Source: Daphnia carinata (taxonomy: Eukaryota). Taken from it: DNA of 64,000 nucleotides. Of this stretch, positions 10,633 through 25,200 are shown piece by piece; within the stretch, counting starts at the first letter, position 1, and the number at the start of each line of letters is the position of its first letter. Where the stretch lies: the NCBI RefSeq assembly GCF_022539665.2, contig NC_081331.1:1860001-1924000 (forward strand). The letters are read 5' to 3'. The notes beneath the pieces are model-generated. The model ran no database searches. It worked only from the letters and a program-made list of their open reading frames with translations, and was not told the DNA's origin. The translations under genes were made by a program, and so were the position numbers.

Positions 10633-13600
10633 TTTCACTGTGCAACAGATCACAATTCTGCAAGCTGTAACAACTGAGCAGACCGGTGTGAACACACTTA
10701 TTCAATGACGTGGCGAGCTTCTTTGCGTTCTACCGAGAAGTTTTTCATGTACATTGGCTCTTTTTGTAATTATTAAGATAGCTTGAACTCTGACTATAGT
10801 TTTCCCATAACGACCAGCTAATCTGCCGCTCTGCTTTCGGAAATATTCACTTTTAAGTTCAACTTTAATGACAAATCGACAAGTTCAACTAGCAGACACG
10901 GCACTTAACGTAGTTTTGACAGAATGGCTAAAGGGGAAGGCTACTAGATTGTTTCTGCAGTCAACATAACATACCTCTTAGAGTGAAGACCAATGAGTGA
11001 GACGATTTTCGAGCAGAGGAAGTCGAGGAACGCAAATGCTTTTCGAATGGGAAACTACGACCACATAAATTTTTTTTTTATCTTTATCAAATAATAAGAC
11101 TTCCATGACATAAAACAAAATTTTAGTTTGTTCATTGAGCATTGTTTATCTGCATGCATTACCTTCTCAAACTGGCTGGGTATTAAAAAGTCCCCAAGCT
11201 AGTTGAAGGCATCATTTAAAAAACATTGCCTCGGGCCATGAAGCTAAAGAGGAAAAAATGAACCACCTGGACCGAAAGCGAAGCAAGCAGTGCAGTTGCT
11301 TGTGAACCTCTGACTAGCGAAGTGTCTGTGCAAGTGGTAAACCTGGCCTAGACTAGCGTTGCATCAAACACAAATTCATCTTCCTTGCTTAACGGAAATT
11401 ATCCTGAAGTGTTCTTGCGACGACGTTAAACATTTCGTTTAAAAGTTTGGTACTTAGCATCCAGTAAGTGCTTTCGTTTTTCTTTTTCTAAATATCGTAT
11501 GTTTACCGTGCGTTGTTTCCATCACCGTAGTTTTAGTGACCTGGGAATTTTTCTATCGTCTATATGTTGTGTCTCATCTTTAAATAGTTTTATAGCTTTT
11601 CATTTGACGAATTGACTGCTTTTTTGTTTATTTCTTTAAAAAATGCAGTTGAGTGTTGTGCGAAACAATCGAATGCTTACTTTGCATGAATTGAAAGATT
11701 GACGGGAAAAGTGTTTGAGGTGAACAGAAAGAACTTAATTTATTTAGCGTGTCACCTTTTATTAGCCGTTCAATCGAAATGGTTCGCCAGTTGAAGCAAA
11801 CGGCATTGAAAAGCTTCAGGAGATTAAAAAAGAAGAAGGAGCATATAGATTCTCTTCAGCTTGGTTTAAACTCATGTCATTGCATAGCTCAGACAGTCTT
11901 GGGGCATCTCAACCACCTGTCGTTTTTTAGCGCAGACTCCCTCCGTTTGACGACGAAGCTGGAGGATTTCAAAAATGAAAGAAAAAAAAAAGAACTAAAG
12001 AAGCAAGTTCTGAACAAGGTGAATACACAACCTGTGAGAAAGGAGGAGTCTAAGAAGACGAGTTAAGTTAGTTCTCTAAAGAACCAGTTAAGAAGCGAAA
12101 CAGAATTTTCAGAATACCGCCATAAATGAACAACATGTCACGTCGTCAAAGTCCAGCAATAACTGCATCTTTTTCTTTTAATCAAAGCAAAAAAATTCAT
12201 CCATTATTGTGCAATGGAGAATATCTTGGGCTGACCACCGTCATTGAAAAAAATTTCAGTCACTTTGGATTCTTGAACATCTGAAGTAAGAATAAACGTT
12301 CGAGGGCCAAATTTTGTTTACAAGATTCTCAGTTGATAGGCTACTTTCTTGTTGGCTAATCATTAACAGTAAAGGGGCTCGTCTCTTCTTATTTTTCTTC
12401 CTTTCCCGAATATACGCGATATTATGCACACCGTTTTCCCGGGGTGCGTGTGTGCAATTGTGCTGTTCCAAGTGCTCGTCAGTGGTCAGCGATGGTCGTA
12501 AATCAGAGCTCTCTACCATGGGGTCCCGACTAAAAAGAGTACGCAAATCACGCAAACAACAGCTACACGCGCCCGGCTGGTCATAACCGTCACTAGAATG
12601 CTTGGGACGTGCGGTCGCTGCTGTGCTAGCGTAACACATTTTTCTAGTCAAGTAAACATACGTGGAAAAGAATGGAACCATTGAGTAGAGCGTGATAACT
12701 CTGTTTTGAAGTTTCCCTCCATTACGAGGCGCGAGAATAGACGAGGCAAATGTTTCGATCAGTTGGTCAGTTACCTGATCGGCTGCAACGGTAGATTTTT
12801 TTTTTACGTGGTGACAATTCATTACCACACGACATATTCACCGCAAAAAAAAAAGGGGACGAAAAAAAAATTACGAAATGAATCCGTCAAGATTCAATAC
12901 AAGGCCTTTTTGGTTGTTATCTGTTCTATCGGCATTCCGGCTTTTCAGGTTCATTTTTGTTGCTTTTTGGTACTGTTGTTTCGCCTCAACGCTCCGTTGA
13001 TGGTTTGAAGGGGGAAGAAGAAAGACAAAAGTCACGCGACCTTGACGGGGAAGAGACAAGACAAACTTGTTGTCCTCTGGAGTCACAAGCGGCGCCGTCT
13101 TCGTCGATGACTTGAACAGCAGCAGCTACTATACAAACACACGGTACCTGATGGCAAAGAAGGCGGAGGTTCTTATTTCCTGCCCTTGACAATTTTTTTA
13201 TTCGTATCCAAAAAACTAAAATCTTCCTATCTCTTCAAATACCTTTAGGGTATCGTTGAAATCTTTGAGATTACTGTATGTCTTTTCCTTTTGAAAATAT
13301 TCACTACGTCTCCACTGATTCGTCTGGCTTTCACGTGCTGTACCTGCGCCAATCATTAATTGCGTTATAATTCGGATAAGCATTATTTCCCAACAGCTTT
13401 TTTTTTTTACGGTTCACATTCACCTTTGCATCTTCGAAAATTCTGTGCTCGAATATATATAAAGAATTTGCTACACAAATGCGATGAACTTTATGCTAAG
13501 GAAGTGCCTAGATTCTCATGGGCCATGAATCCAAAGAACAAGGAGGGGGGCCATATATAGGTGTTTTTTTTTTGTGCACATCCTGAGCGATATAATCACC

Positions 13601-16600
13601 GGATAGGCCGAGGGAAAGGAAAAATTAAATAAAAGTTTTCTCCATTTTTTTTTTGTCTGTACGTATGTCTGGGGTTTTATTTTCCCATGAATATTGGGCA
13701 AGAGAAACAAAACCAACGATAGTTTTACCTTTTACCTGAAGGAATAGGAAGAACATAAGTATGCTTTTCCGTCTACGCTTTTCTTCCAACACAAAACGAA
13801 TAGGTGCGTAGGTGTGTGCGCACAGCATCCTTTTTTGACGACGGCGACGAAGGTTACAGATGCAATTCGGGAATTTGTTTCGAAATGAATTCGAGGGGGC
13901 GATTTTTATTGAGCATTCAACTTGTTCGTTTGGGTTCCCTCCCTACCGGTACAACACTAAAGAGGAGGTAAAAGGGTAGGTGGAAATACGGCCCCTTGGC
14001 TGTCAGAAAGAACATCAGGACTTTTCGCCCTGCAAGTTCCTGACCCCCTCGACGTGTTCATTTATTTCAAAAATTTTCTCTTTTTCTTTTCTTATTCAAT
14101 ATGTTATTTATAGCAGCCTAGCCTGTGTAAGCGAATGGCAGCATCATCGCAGGATACATATACGTTATGTATATCTGAACATGGAACACCGCTGAGAAAT
14201 TGCTACACCAATCGTTTTGACCCGTCCATTTTCTCATTCAAACACGGCTGCCCCATGTTCAAACAGTTATTTAAAAAAAAAAAAAAAAAACCTCTCGCAA
14301 ACTTCTAGAGAAAAAGGAAGGCAGGAACTTGCAAGCCAAGCAGTATCTTGTTCACGTGCGCATATCTTCACAGCGGCAGGTGACTCGACAACTGATTCCT
14401 AGAGCCTATTTTCATTTTTATTCTTTCACTTGAAAAATGGAAAAATATACAACTCAAGTAGTAAAGAGTAGAGAGAATCGCTTTACACATTGGCGAGTGA
14501 TTTACAACGGCGCTACAATTTTTCCCACCGGGCTCCTTCTACATATCGGTGAAGAGCTTTGCCTATAGCGGTCGTGTGTTTGTGTATTGAAGAGACGGTT
14601 CAATAGCATTTCCCACACCTTGCAGCTATACGTACACTCTACTTTGTTTTTTTTTCTTCTTCTTTGCTACGTTAATGGAAATAGAAAAAGAAACGGAAAC
14701 ACCGTTGTTTCATTCTTTTATGAATTCCTTCTTCTCTTTTCAATGTGACAGCAGAGAACTCCTCTTTTGACACGGAAGTGAAACGACTGAAAAACGATTA
14801 CTTTTTTTTTTTGGCTGAGCGACACATGCCGAGTGCAGTGACACGCCAGTCGATGAGAACGTTCGCACGACCTGCCATCATTGTCCGCTTTCAGTTGTTG
14901 CGCAATCATCGTCTCCATTTTCCATATCGCTTTGCGCAGACACATTTTTTTTTGCAGATGCGCTTATTGGCTCATTTTCTTCGACAGTGTTCCTAGAATG
15001 CTGACCTCCCCACTGTTTTGTTAATGCGCGCATGTATAATTGATGCCGCCATGCTAACTTTCCACTCTTCTTTTTCCTCACCGGTGTAAGTATAGCGACG
15101 CGCATCACGCAAAGGCGGCGTCAAAGTCTCTGCTTGTACGCGTGAATCTACGTAGGCTAGCATCGTCGTTAGGTATTGATGACCTTCTATGGAATAATGA
15201 GATATGGATGCCCAACCGGCAAACGTAAGAAGAAGAAAAAAGCAAATGTCTACTGTGTAAAGTACCAACCGAACGATTCATCCGGCGTGCGCTTTATGCC
15301 AAAGAGAAAATCATTGGTTGTTGTGTGCAAGCCGACTGACCCCAGACATCCGCCTAAATCATGCACAGCGATTGTCTAGTTAATGATGTACGCACATATC
15401 CTTGATAATTTGCTTCTTTTTTTTTCTCGAGTTGCGCCCGAAAAATATTTCTACCGAACAGCGCCAAATTCAAATGATTTCTGGCTGCGACTTTCACGTT
15501 TACCGATCACCATTTTACGCTCTTTTGCATAACTCTCACCGCTGTTTAGATTCCACCTTTAGTTATTTCGAGGTACGCAAATGAGAAGCAGGAGAGGTTA
15601 GAACATTAGGACCAAGAAGACAACAAATTTTTTAATCGCGTGCGGCGGATATGAGAATAGAAAGAAATCAGCAAAGAAAATGGGCGGACAGGCAGACATA
15701 CCCGACCTAGTAATATTTGTCTCTATGTTATTACCATTGTGATCAAAATGGGTGTGCACATGATGACTAGTGTTGAGACTTAAATATAAGGCAGGTCACT
15801 GTAGAAAGGTCGCAGAAAACAGTCAGTCCCACTTTCCTTCTTTATTGCCAAGAATAAAAAGAACATTACCGCAAAAAAAAAAAAAAAAGCTCTCACGAAT
15901 ATCTTCTCTCCTGGTTTTTTAACAGGTGTATCCTGTGGGGGTCGGAACGTCAATTAAGGCAAGAAAAAAGATCCGCGTGATCTCCAAAGACACGGGGGGT
16001 GGGCGTATGATCCTGGGGTTAACACACAGACACACAAAAAGAAAACCCAAGGATATTCTGTTTCGTTTTCGATCGTGTCGAATAAAGTATCGGCTAATCC
16101 GATCCGCCCTCCCCTAGCGCGACTACGTAATTTGTCTATACGTGTCTGTAAATCTCCGTGAACTATACGGTTGGAAAACGCGGGTCGAAACGCGGCAATA
16201 AATAGCAGTCAAGATTTCTAATGTAATCAAATGGAGAGCGTTCGATATGGAAGGGCGGTCAATTGGAAAGCCCCATTTCAATGAACCCTTTTGGTGGGGT
16301 TCATTTTTCAGCGTACTGCGCTTAATAACATGTCGAAAGAAAAAGGAAAAAAAAAAATAAGAACCAAATTCAAAAGACCTGTGACAAATAAAAAAAAAAA
16401 TGAAGTGCTTACATCCGCCGCGAATCAGTTAAAAAAAAAGAGTACAGTAAATAATTTGAAAACAGAAGACGAAAGACGTAAAAATAAATGCTGTACCAGG
16501 AAGAGATCAGCACCGCATCGCTGTGCATCTACGGACGATGGAACACCATCAAATTAAAGACAAGAAAAAAAAGCGTTTTTGGCCGTGAGCGAGAAGCGAA

Positions 16601-19600
16601 TTGTCGGTCGTTGTTGGTTCTGTTACAGCAAAAAGCCATTGGGCGCGTGACTAATAACGAGGCTTTTCCAGACGACCACCGTCACATCAGCCAACACAAC
16701 ACAAACTCTTTCTATCCCCGTCCGTTTAAAAGTCCGGAAACTTTCACATTTTACGTTCGGCCTATAAAAAATTTTTCAATGATCGCAGCACGCGTAAAAA
16801 CTGGTTTTGTGTGTTTGGGGTTAATGCTAATCAGTCTTCTTTTTTTTTTTTGCTTGGCCAAGGCTGCTGAACAGACTCGCACCACAAACGGAAGTAGATT
16901 TCTATACGTAGAAGAAGAGATGGCTACAACGTGTGTGTAACTAAGAGTATGTCAAAACGTCGAACATCAGCACCATAAAAGGTTTGACATCGTTCACAGA
17001 ACGCCATCAGCAATATTGTGAAGTGCGTGGGGTTTGACGCTATGCGCACATATGGATGATAGCTGATTGATTATTGGCGCTTCTTCGTCTACGATGCATA
17101 ATGCATTGGATGCCCGTTTTCGATTAGACAAAAAACTGGCTTTCCTCTTGTACACGTGGTTCAAATTCGGCTTTCAACTCTCGACACGACATTTTTCTTT
17201 CCAATAAAAGAAATTGGTTGACTTCCATGTACAAAGTCCTGTGTGTGCCTTGCGTGATGGCAAAACAAATCGTTGGAATTTATTGATAGATTTATTTATT
17301 TCTGTACAACTTTCGAATGGAAATCTTTAAAAAAAAAAAAAAGATCATTCGTGGTGTGTCACCTGCGTCTGCATTGGGCACAATGATCGACGATGACGAC
17401 AACGTGTTATCCAGCATATTGATGCCTTTTCTCTCCTATTATCAATACGATGAGGATTTTGGAAACGTTCCTCAATTTCGAAATGGGAAAATTCTAACGG
17501 AAAAATCTTCTTTCATGATTAAAGCGCTCGTCATCATTCTGCGAGAGCGTGAGCTTCAAAAAATGTTACATATAGGTAGATAGATGATGGCGGGGAACAT
17601 AGTTACCTAACGGTTGTTTGTTACGTTATATGTTATCTCGTTTTCAGAGAAACCCGTCGCTCAAAATCATGTCTCGACAATCGTGCATCTTCGTTCTTTT
17701 CTCGCCTCTCCAATTCTTTTTGTACTTTTTACACCTCAGAAAATAATGAGAACCAAACAAAAAAATTCTTCCATTTTCAACCGTCATGCTAATCGTCGGC
17801 GACCTTTTTGAAGTGCGAATCTGCCGTTATACGAGTGCGCTGCTTTAACAAGAATAGCAACACTCATAAATCCTCCATTTTCTCTCGCATTTCTCGGCGA
17901 AACCTTTCCACTTCGTCATCAGATACATCCGACAACGCCCTTCTTTCCTCTCTCTCTCTCTCTCTCATTTGGTAGTCATTCACCTTTACATCAAGAAGGA
18001 AAAGAGAGAACTCTCTTCGTCCACCTAATCTCTCTGTTTTCCTCTTTCTCACGAATGAAGGATCTAGTGCTTTATGCTCGTATGATCCATGATGATTATA
18101 GACTCACATTGCCAGTAGATAGATAGTGTAAATTACACACGGTATACCAGTAGTTAACATATGAGACTCGCCCACGGTGGCCCTGTCGTGTTACCTTCTT
18201 TTTAAACCATGAAATGTGATGCATGTTGTCTTCAGCTTTTTGTCGTTCTCATAAATCGTGTATCCTACACAACCATGACTGTGCGAGATTTTTTTTTTTT
18301 TTTTTTTTTCATTAACAATGTTGCTAGTGATGATGAACAATGAAGCACTTTTTACTCGTTGGGTTTTTCTTCACAGTTCGGTACGGTTGTTGGATTACTC
18401 CCGGCGCTGGATATCCCTGCTCTCTCTCTATATGTAAATGACGACGTTGAATGATGTCAGTCTGTCTTTTTTTTTCTTTCTATTGTACGAATGCAGGCTA
18501 TGTAACTTTATTATTATAAAGATAAATAAGCTTTTTCTTTAGGTTCTTGTTAAGATTTTTCTGAAATAAGCTTCTTCATTTCCAAACCAGACTTTTTCTT
18601 TTAATTTAGGACTTCTGTCCAACGATTTCCGCGTATTCATGACAAAATAATCTATCTGAATGCTCTATCTGATGATGGACAGTTGTCGTGAACATGCCGG
18701 ATCTGTCACGATCCAATACTAAACTGGGCTGATTAAAATCAGACACAACACAGGTGGTACTCTTGTTTCCATTGTTTACTGGACATTAAAAAACGTGTTT
18801 TCTTTTTTGTTTCTACTCTAATAAAAACTAAAGAATCAGGAGAAATAGAAAATTGGGCTTTGCTAAATAACTGCTTTTCTAGTGGATGGAAAACGAATTG
18901 AATTTTGATTGTTGTAGCAAAAACAGCGCGCGTCAGGTAGACGGTGGGAGGCAGAATCGTCAGCGATATTAAGTCGAGGATAACAACCTCATCTGTAGCG
19001 ATTTAATGACACGCAGAAAAAAAAAGGCAGTAACTAGATGGAAAGCAATGTTTGGGGACAACAACCAAAGAAACAAGCACACACACAAACACACAGATAA
19101 AAAAAAAACCAGGGGCGAAATCAGGTTTTCAACGTCGCGCGACTCAACGGAATTGCAAGGAACTTTTGGGCGTTCTCAGGTGAATAACAAGTGGATTAAA
19201 AACCGGTTTTTTATTAGAAACCCCGAAGCGTGGGTTGACTGTTATTTTTTTTTTCTTTTAAATTTGCCGAATTTCTTTTGAAAGAGTTGACATCTCAGGG
19301 AAACAGGATCGAATGCCAACTTCTCGATCCTTATATGTGAACATTCTTTTTCTTGTTTGTTTTTTTTCTATTTTAAAGTGATCAAACGAGTCAGGTAGCA
19401 CTCACCTGGCAAAGCACATTTCAAGAATAAAAACCAATTTCTTTTTCGAATCTTAATATAGTCTACCAGATAATTGTCCTTGTTTGTACATAACGAGTTG
19501 AATGGGTATGACTGCTTTCCACATCGCTAGAATTCTACGTCTAAGCTTATTGAGTTTGTGTAGTTGATAGAGTTTTATTGGAAACGTATTATTTAACGAT

Positions 19601-22262
19601 GCCATTCATTCTTGGCATACCTACGCGACTAATGAACATCCAGAACGTCAACAGAAGCATTTCGTGATGCATTCACCGACACTTTGATTATTATTGTGTT
19701 CCGGTTTACAAGGCGTAGGAAAACGAGGAGTCACAAGAAAAAAAAAAGAACTGGAAATGATACAAAAGACAAGGAATGTTTTTTGTTTCACTCCCACCTG
19801 TTGGAGACGTTCGAGGACAATTGTTACATAAACCCACACACACACAAAAATGGGACCCTGAACAAATTAAACCGAATCTCGAAATTGTTTTGTCCGATGT
19901 ATTTTACTTTGAGGAATTCTTCAGCAATTTGGAGATTTTCTTTTTTTTAAGAAAAGAGGGAGAGAGAAGGACGAAGAGGATGAAACGTTCCAGAAGAGCA
20001 ATTCGCCTCTATGTCTATAGCGAGGGAAATAGGTAAAGCAGGGAGGAAGGGAGGGTTGAAAAGCACGACTTGACCGGAGGCTTTTGATTTTCTCGGAAGA
20101 TTGCATTTGAAATTCCCTTCTTTTATTCATTCCCCTCAACATTCTTCGCCCTTTTGTCTGCCTGTTATTTCATTTTTCTCGTTTTTAGCTTCCCGTTTTT
20201 ACTCGAAGCCGATATCACCTGGGCGTTATCGAACTGATCCTAGATGAATTGACTTTTCATGTCTTGTATATCAAATCGTAAGACGACAAAAGATTGCACA
20301 ACATACAGCAATAGAATCAAAACAAAAACAATAAAAGAAAATGGAAATAATCTGCAAATTTCCTTTGCCACGGCATTGAATCCGATTCGAATGCACAAAA
20401 AAAAAAGCCACTTCTACTACAGTTATATAATAAAACAATTAATAACGTGTGATGAATGACGACGTATACACGTCTGGAATTCATTCGTTTTTTTCCCCCC
20501 ATTCTCTTACCGTTTGGATTGAATTTCCCACATGGGAAAGGCACAAAAAAAATGTGGTGGTGATGTAATAGAGTATATGCATACTACGTTCGTGCAATTG
20601 TGATGATGGTGAAAGAGAGAGAGAGAGAGAATGTACGGATGATGAACGGTAACTGGAGATTCTCATTGTTCTTCTTTTTGTTGACAGCACAAGACCAAAG
20701 TGTGTTCCACAAAATCTGAACGCACGTTCTCTGTTAAGGAGTGGATTGCTTATTGTTTCTCTCTCTTTTTTTTTTTTCGTTTTCTTCTGTCGTCATTGTA
20801 ATGACGCTCCTTTTCTCTCTTTTACTTGACAGTTTTCAGTTGTCTCACCGAGTATGTTGACCTCCTTTTTCCCTCAAACAGTATCTATTATGCACAACGC
20901 AGTTCCAGTGACAGAAAAAGCTCTGCAAGACACAGAACAAAAAAAAACATCCAGCAAAAGGGGTTCATGAAAAGGAAAGAGGAGAAATCCTAAAATAGGG
21001 TGGAGGAAGGACCCCATTGCGGTCAACTTTTCGTGACGTGCTAATCACCGTGACACAATCCGCTTTTATTCTTTTGTTTCGGGGATATATATTTAACGAC
21101 AAAAAGAGAGACTTTTTGTATTGTGTTCCAAAATAACGGTGCAAACATTTTTGGACATACATACATCACAATATACTCACATCGAACTCTCATACGCCGG
21201 GGTAGGATATTCCACCACCCTGCGGCCAAATCCAATTGGCGGTTTCACGTGCGGACATGGAGACATTCATTCACGTTACCTCGTCTGCCGCCCGCCGCGA
21301 ATCTCTGACCAACCAAAAGAAAAAAAAAAACGGGTAATCGGCAAGAATGGAATCGTCACCAAAAAACAATGGATCCCGCAACTGGGCTCGTCCCTAAAGA
21401 AACCATCCGCTGGTACCAATGACCTCCCACAGACATATTAGGATTTCATTACGGGTTTCTAACGGGTACGACAGAGTGAAATGAAGTAAACCAGAAAATC
21501 AACTCGGAACGTGACCCTTTGTATTTTTGTTTCAATGTGTAACAGAAGAAAACTCGATTTTCTTCTGGATATTTTTCATCTTGTTTTTTTTTTTACGTAC
21601 CTCTGAAAGAGCTAGAATATCAAGACGAGCAAACATGCAAGATTTGTCACGCTCTAGCGGTCGGTAGAGGGCAAACGATTGAAAAGAAACGTTGTGGGAT
21701 GCTCAACTGCCAGCGAAACTATCAAAAGAATTTCTTTCTTTTTTTTTTCAATTTTTCATTGGCGTAGAATAAAGTATAAAAATAAACTCTGGTCACGCCG
21801 TTGCGGCGCACTCATTTGTTATTTGCTTGCAGACCTACAGGCTATTCGTAATCTTTTTTTTTTCTTACCTTACCTTGTACATGTGGAACTCTTTATTCGG
21901 ATGAATGTTGATGATTAATGAAGTCATTGTTTTCTCTTTTTCTCCGCTATATTAGTTACGCGCGCGCAATGCTTTAGTGGACGACCGGGAGCAGTGAAAA
22001 GCAAAACATAAAAAGGCAAGAAAAAAAAAAGAAAAAAGGACGATTCGGTGCGGTGTAGTAGTGGCTGGGGCGATCGACTGATCCCCGAGGCCGCTTTTTC
22101 CTCGTGAGCGTGTTGGCCATTTTTGCGGTTTACACGAATAGTGTACAGACATCTAGACGACTGCTCGCCATACACGCTGTTACAGACGATTTCGTCTACA
22201 TTACGAAGGAGGGGGAAAAAAAAAGCCTCGTCGAAAACCACGTCATCGCCACAACGGGAGGA

Positions 22263-25200
22263 ATGAGGGAGGAGGACCTGGAGATCGCCGTCAAGGTAAA
22301 CTTCCAAAAAAATTCATAAACACTTTTCGCCATTTTTTCGCTTCTGTTGTCTGCCTTCGGACACTGTCTGCATGCACGTATAAGCAATAATAATAAGGCC
22401 ACCGCTGTTGATTGAAGATATAAAAGGAAACGATGACTAAGGCCAATATGTAATGGGCGATTCGATTGTTGATTTTGAATGTTCTCGCCAACTTTTCTCC
22501 TCTTTTCGATGTGTGTTTTAACTCCTTCAGAAGTTGGAATATATTTGTCTTATTATATGGCTCCGCAAAGTGCGGAAAGATTGACGTTATCCTATCCATA
22601 ACAATGATATTTTAGAAATAAACCTATGCGTGTTGGTCAGATTGCGTGTGCGTCCGCGTTCGATGGCCAAGGTCGAAAACAGCTTTCGGCGTGCGTTCAC
22701 CATCATCCAAAGCAACAACACACAAAAAAAAAAAAAAGGTTTCAGATTGGAGCCCTTCTGCGTCTTGATGTTCTAATTGCCGATAGCACTAAAGCTCTCG
22801 TGTAGGTCTTTTCCAGTATCAAAATTTCCTTCTTTCTTTTTCTAATTCTCTTTTCCCATTTTCTTTTTCTTTTCGTTTTTCTCGCATCTTATTTTTTGTG
22901 TGCTCGACCCTTACCCACTTTTCATTTTCTGGTTACCTCACCCTTCCCAAGAACTGTTCGTAATGGCGGTGCGAGAGGTAATCGCGAAAATGCTAACGTG
23001 GGTAGGAAAATGTCTTGAAGAAAATGAGAATTTCCAGCGAAAATTGAATGCTTCTACAGCCCTAGAGCATTTGAATGTCCATGGTCATTTTTGCTGATGT
23101 AGCTCTTCCTCCTATATACATAAAACGTCATTAAAATGAAAAGAAAAGGTGAATGGGGAGGAGTAAAGGTGTTTTCATAGCGACCAGCGTAGGCGTCATT
23201 ATTCGATGGCCCTGGCCAGACTGGAGATTCTTTTTTTTTTTTTATTAAACACTTTTGAGCCGATAGTTTAAGAAGTGAGAGATGGCTGTAGTGAATTACA
23301 GCGTTTTGATGTTGACTGCTCTTATAGTCTCATCACGGCAGAAGTGGGAAACGGTTAAATGTTTGTACGCAATTTTGCCAAGAGGAGATGAAAAGGCGAC
23401 GGCATTTATTGCAGATGATTCGCTTCGAAATGGGACGTTTTTACAATGGCCGTTTATTTTTCGTTCATCGCTTTCCCGCCCCGAGTTTTTCTTTGCATCC
23501 CACACGTTCGTCAGGTCGATAGATATAGGCAAGTCTTACAGACAAAAAGAGAGAGAGAGAGATGGTTATAAACATTTTTTTCTTCTTGTTTGTGTGGACG
23601 AACGAATAAAGGCCGTCGCCAAAGGCCCAACGTGTAAAAAGAAGGAGGAGCCTCACAGAAAAAAAAAGCAGTCGAGATAAACCACTATTAAAATTAAAAA
23701 ATGGAAATAAAAATAAGAATACCGTTAAAGTAAAAAAAAAAAAAAAGCGAGTCGGCTAAAAAGGATTCAAGGCAAGGAGTTATTACTTATTAGCTATTTA
23801 TTATTTATGAAAAAAAAAAAAAACGAATAGTCAAATACGTGCAATAAAATGGAAATCACCGATGCTGACTATGCGGCAGTCGGTATAGATCAAAGAAGGT
23901 AAACAGCTGATGCAAAACGCTCGTTCGTTCGTTGTAATACGTACGTGCACTGCACACACGGATGAATATGAAAGTTTAGTTTAAAAGGCCACCAGACGAT
24001 GGAACGTACGTATGAGGTAGATCGTAGCATCTAAACTCTCTTGACTTATTGAATATTCCCTTTTTTTTTTCTTTGCTCGCAACCAATAGAAATTCGTCGC
24101 TTGGCATTATACCAGTGGGGTACTTAATCATTTTGTTTTTCTCATGTGGGTGGAGGAGATGTTACTCGTGTACGCTGTTGTAGGTCTTATGTCGAAATCA
24201 ATTCGTATTTTTTCGCTTCCCCTTGCCATAAAAAGAAACAAAAGATCAAACGTTACTGTGATCGTGATTTTGTTCTATTCCCGGTACTTTCGATTTTTCA
24301 TTGAAATTCCCAATCGTAAAACAAAAATATTAGGCTGATGTAAATCTGTTTCGCTTTTATTTCGGACGAAATGGCGTTTTAGATAATAAAATGGTAAAAA
24401 GAAGCACAACGGTGTCGAGGTCGTTCAACTTGCGCGCCGTGTGGAAACTAAGAGAAAGAACACGCGATTTAGTAATAGGAGTATAACTATACGTAATATA
24501 ATACGTAGTGGATTTTCATCCTAAGCCAACCTTTTTATTTGTGTATTTATAAAGTCCAGCATAGTGTCCCTTTTGATTATGATGAGCCAGAAAAATTGTT
24601 AGCCAAATAGAATTTCTACTTCATAAAAACAAAACAAAAATACAAGAGACAACAAAAAAACAAAACAAATTCAACTGTTACAAGTAGTTTACGGGGTTCT
24701 TTTCTTAGCCTGGACGGGATTCTATAAAAAAAAAAAAGAGACGTTTAAAAATTGAAAAAAAAAGAAACCCTTGCTTTCAACATGTTACACGACCCGACAT
24801 ACTTCATCTTAATTATGGAGTCTTGTATCTTGATGGATGTCACGGCATTCGTGAAATATGCCCGCTAAGGGCAGCGGTTTCGATCTGCGTGCCAAAACAT
24901 TCTTCACTCACCCGTTACGAAAGGGGAAAAATAAAACAAAGCGCAGCGCCATATGGGAAATGGGCTGAGTTCAACAGTGATTAAGACCTTTAGTCTTCAT
25001 TTATTTTATTTTTTCCAAGCTATTCTTTCTTCTTTCTTATAAGTCGAAATAATTTACTGCTTAACTGAGAAGAAGAAGACAAAAAAAAAAAAAACATGTT
25101 AGTTTAGCTCGTTTTCATCTCTTCTCGTTCTATAATTCTTCTATATACGTTATCTACCTTTTTATTTTTCCGGCCATGTGCAACAGGTGGTGATTGTAGG

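Noticed and set aside
18669..18732. Possible C/D-box snoRNA (TGATGA...CTGA)
   Set aside because: Imperfect C box, no terminal stem and no recognisable rRNA guide.
11000..22200. Many 60-190 aa ORFs (e.g. 11749-12066, 12256-12828, 16488-16940)
   Set aside because: K/F-rich translations of poly-A/T tracts with no domains or coherent exon chain. Likely intergenic or Rab23 5' UTR introns.
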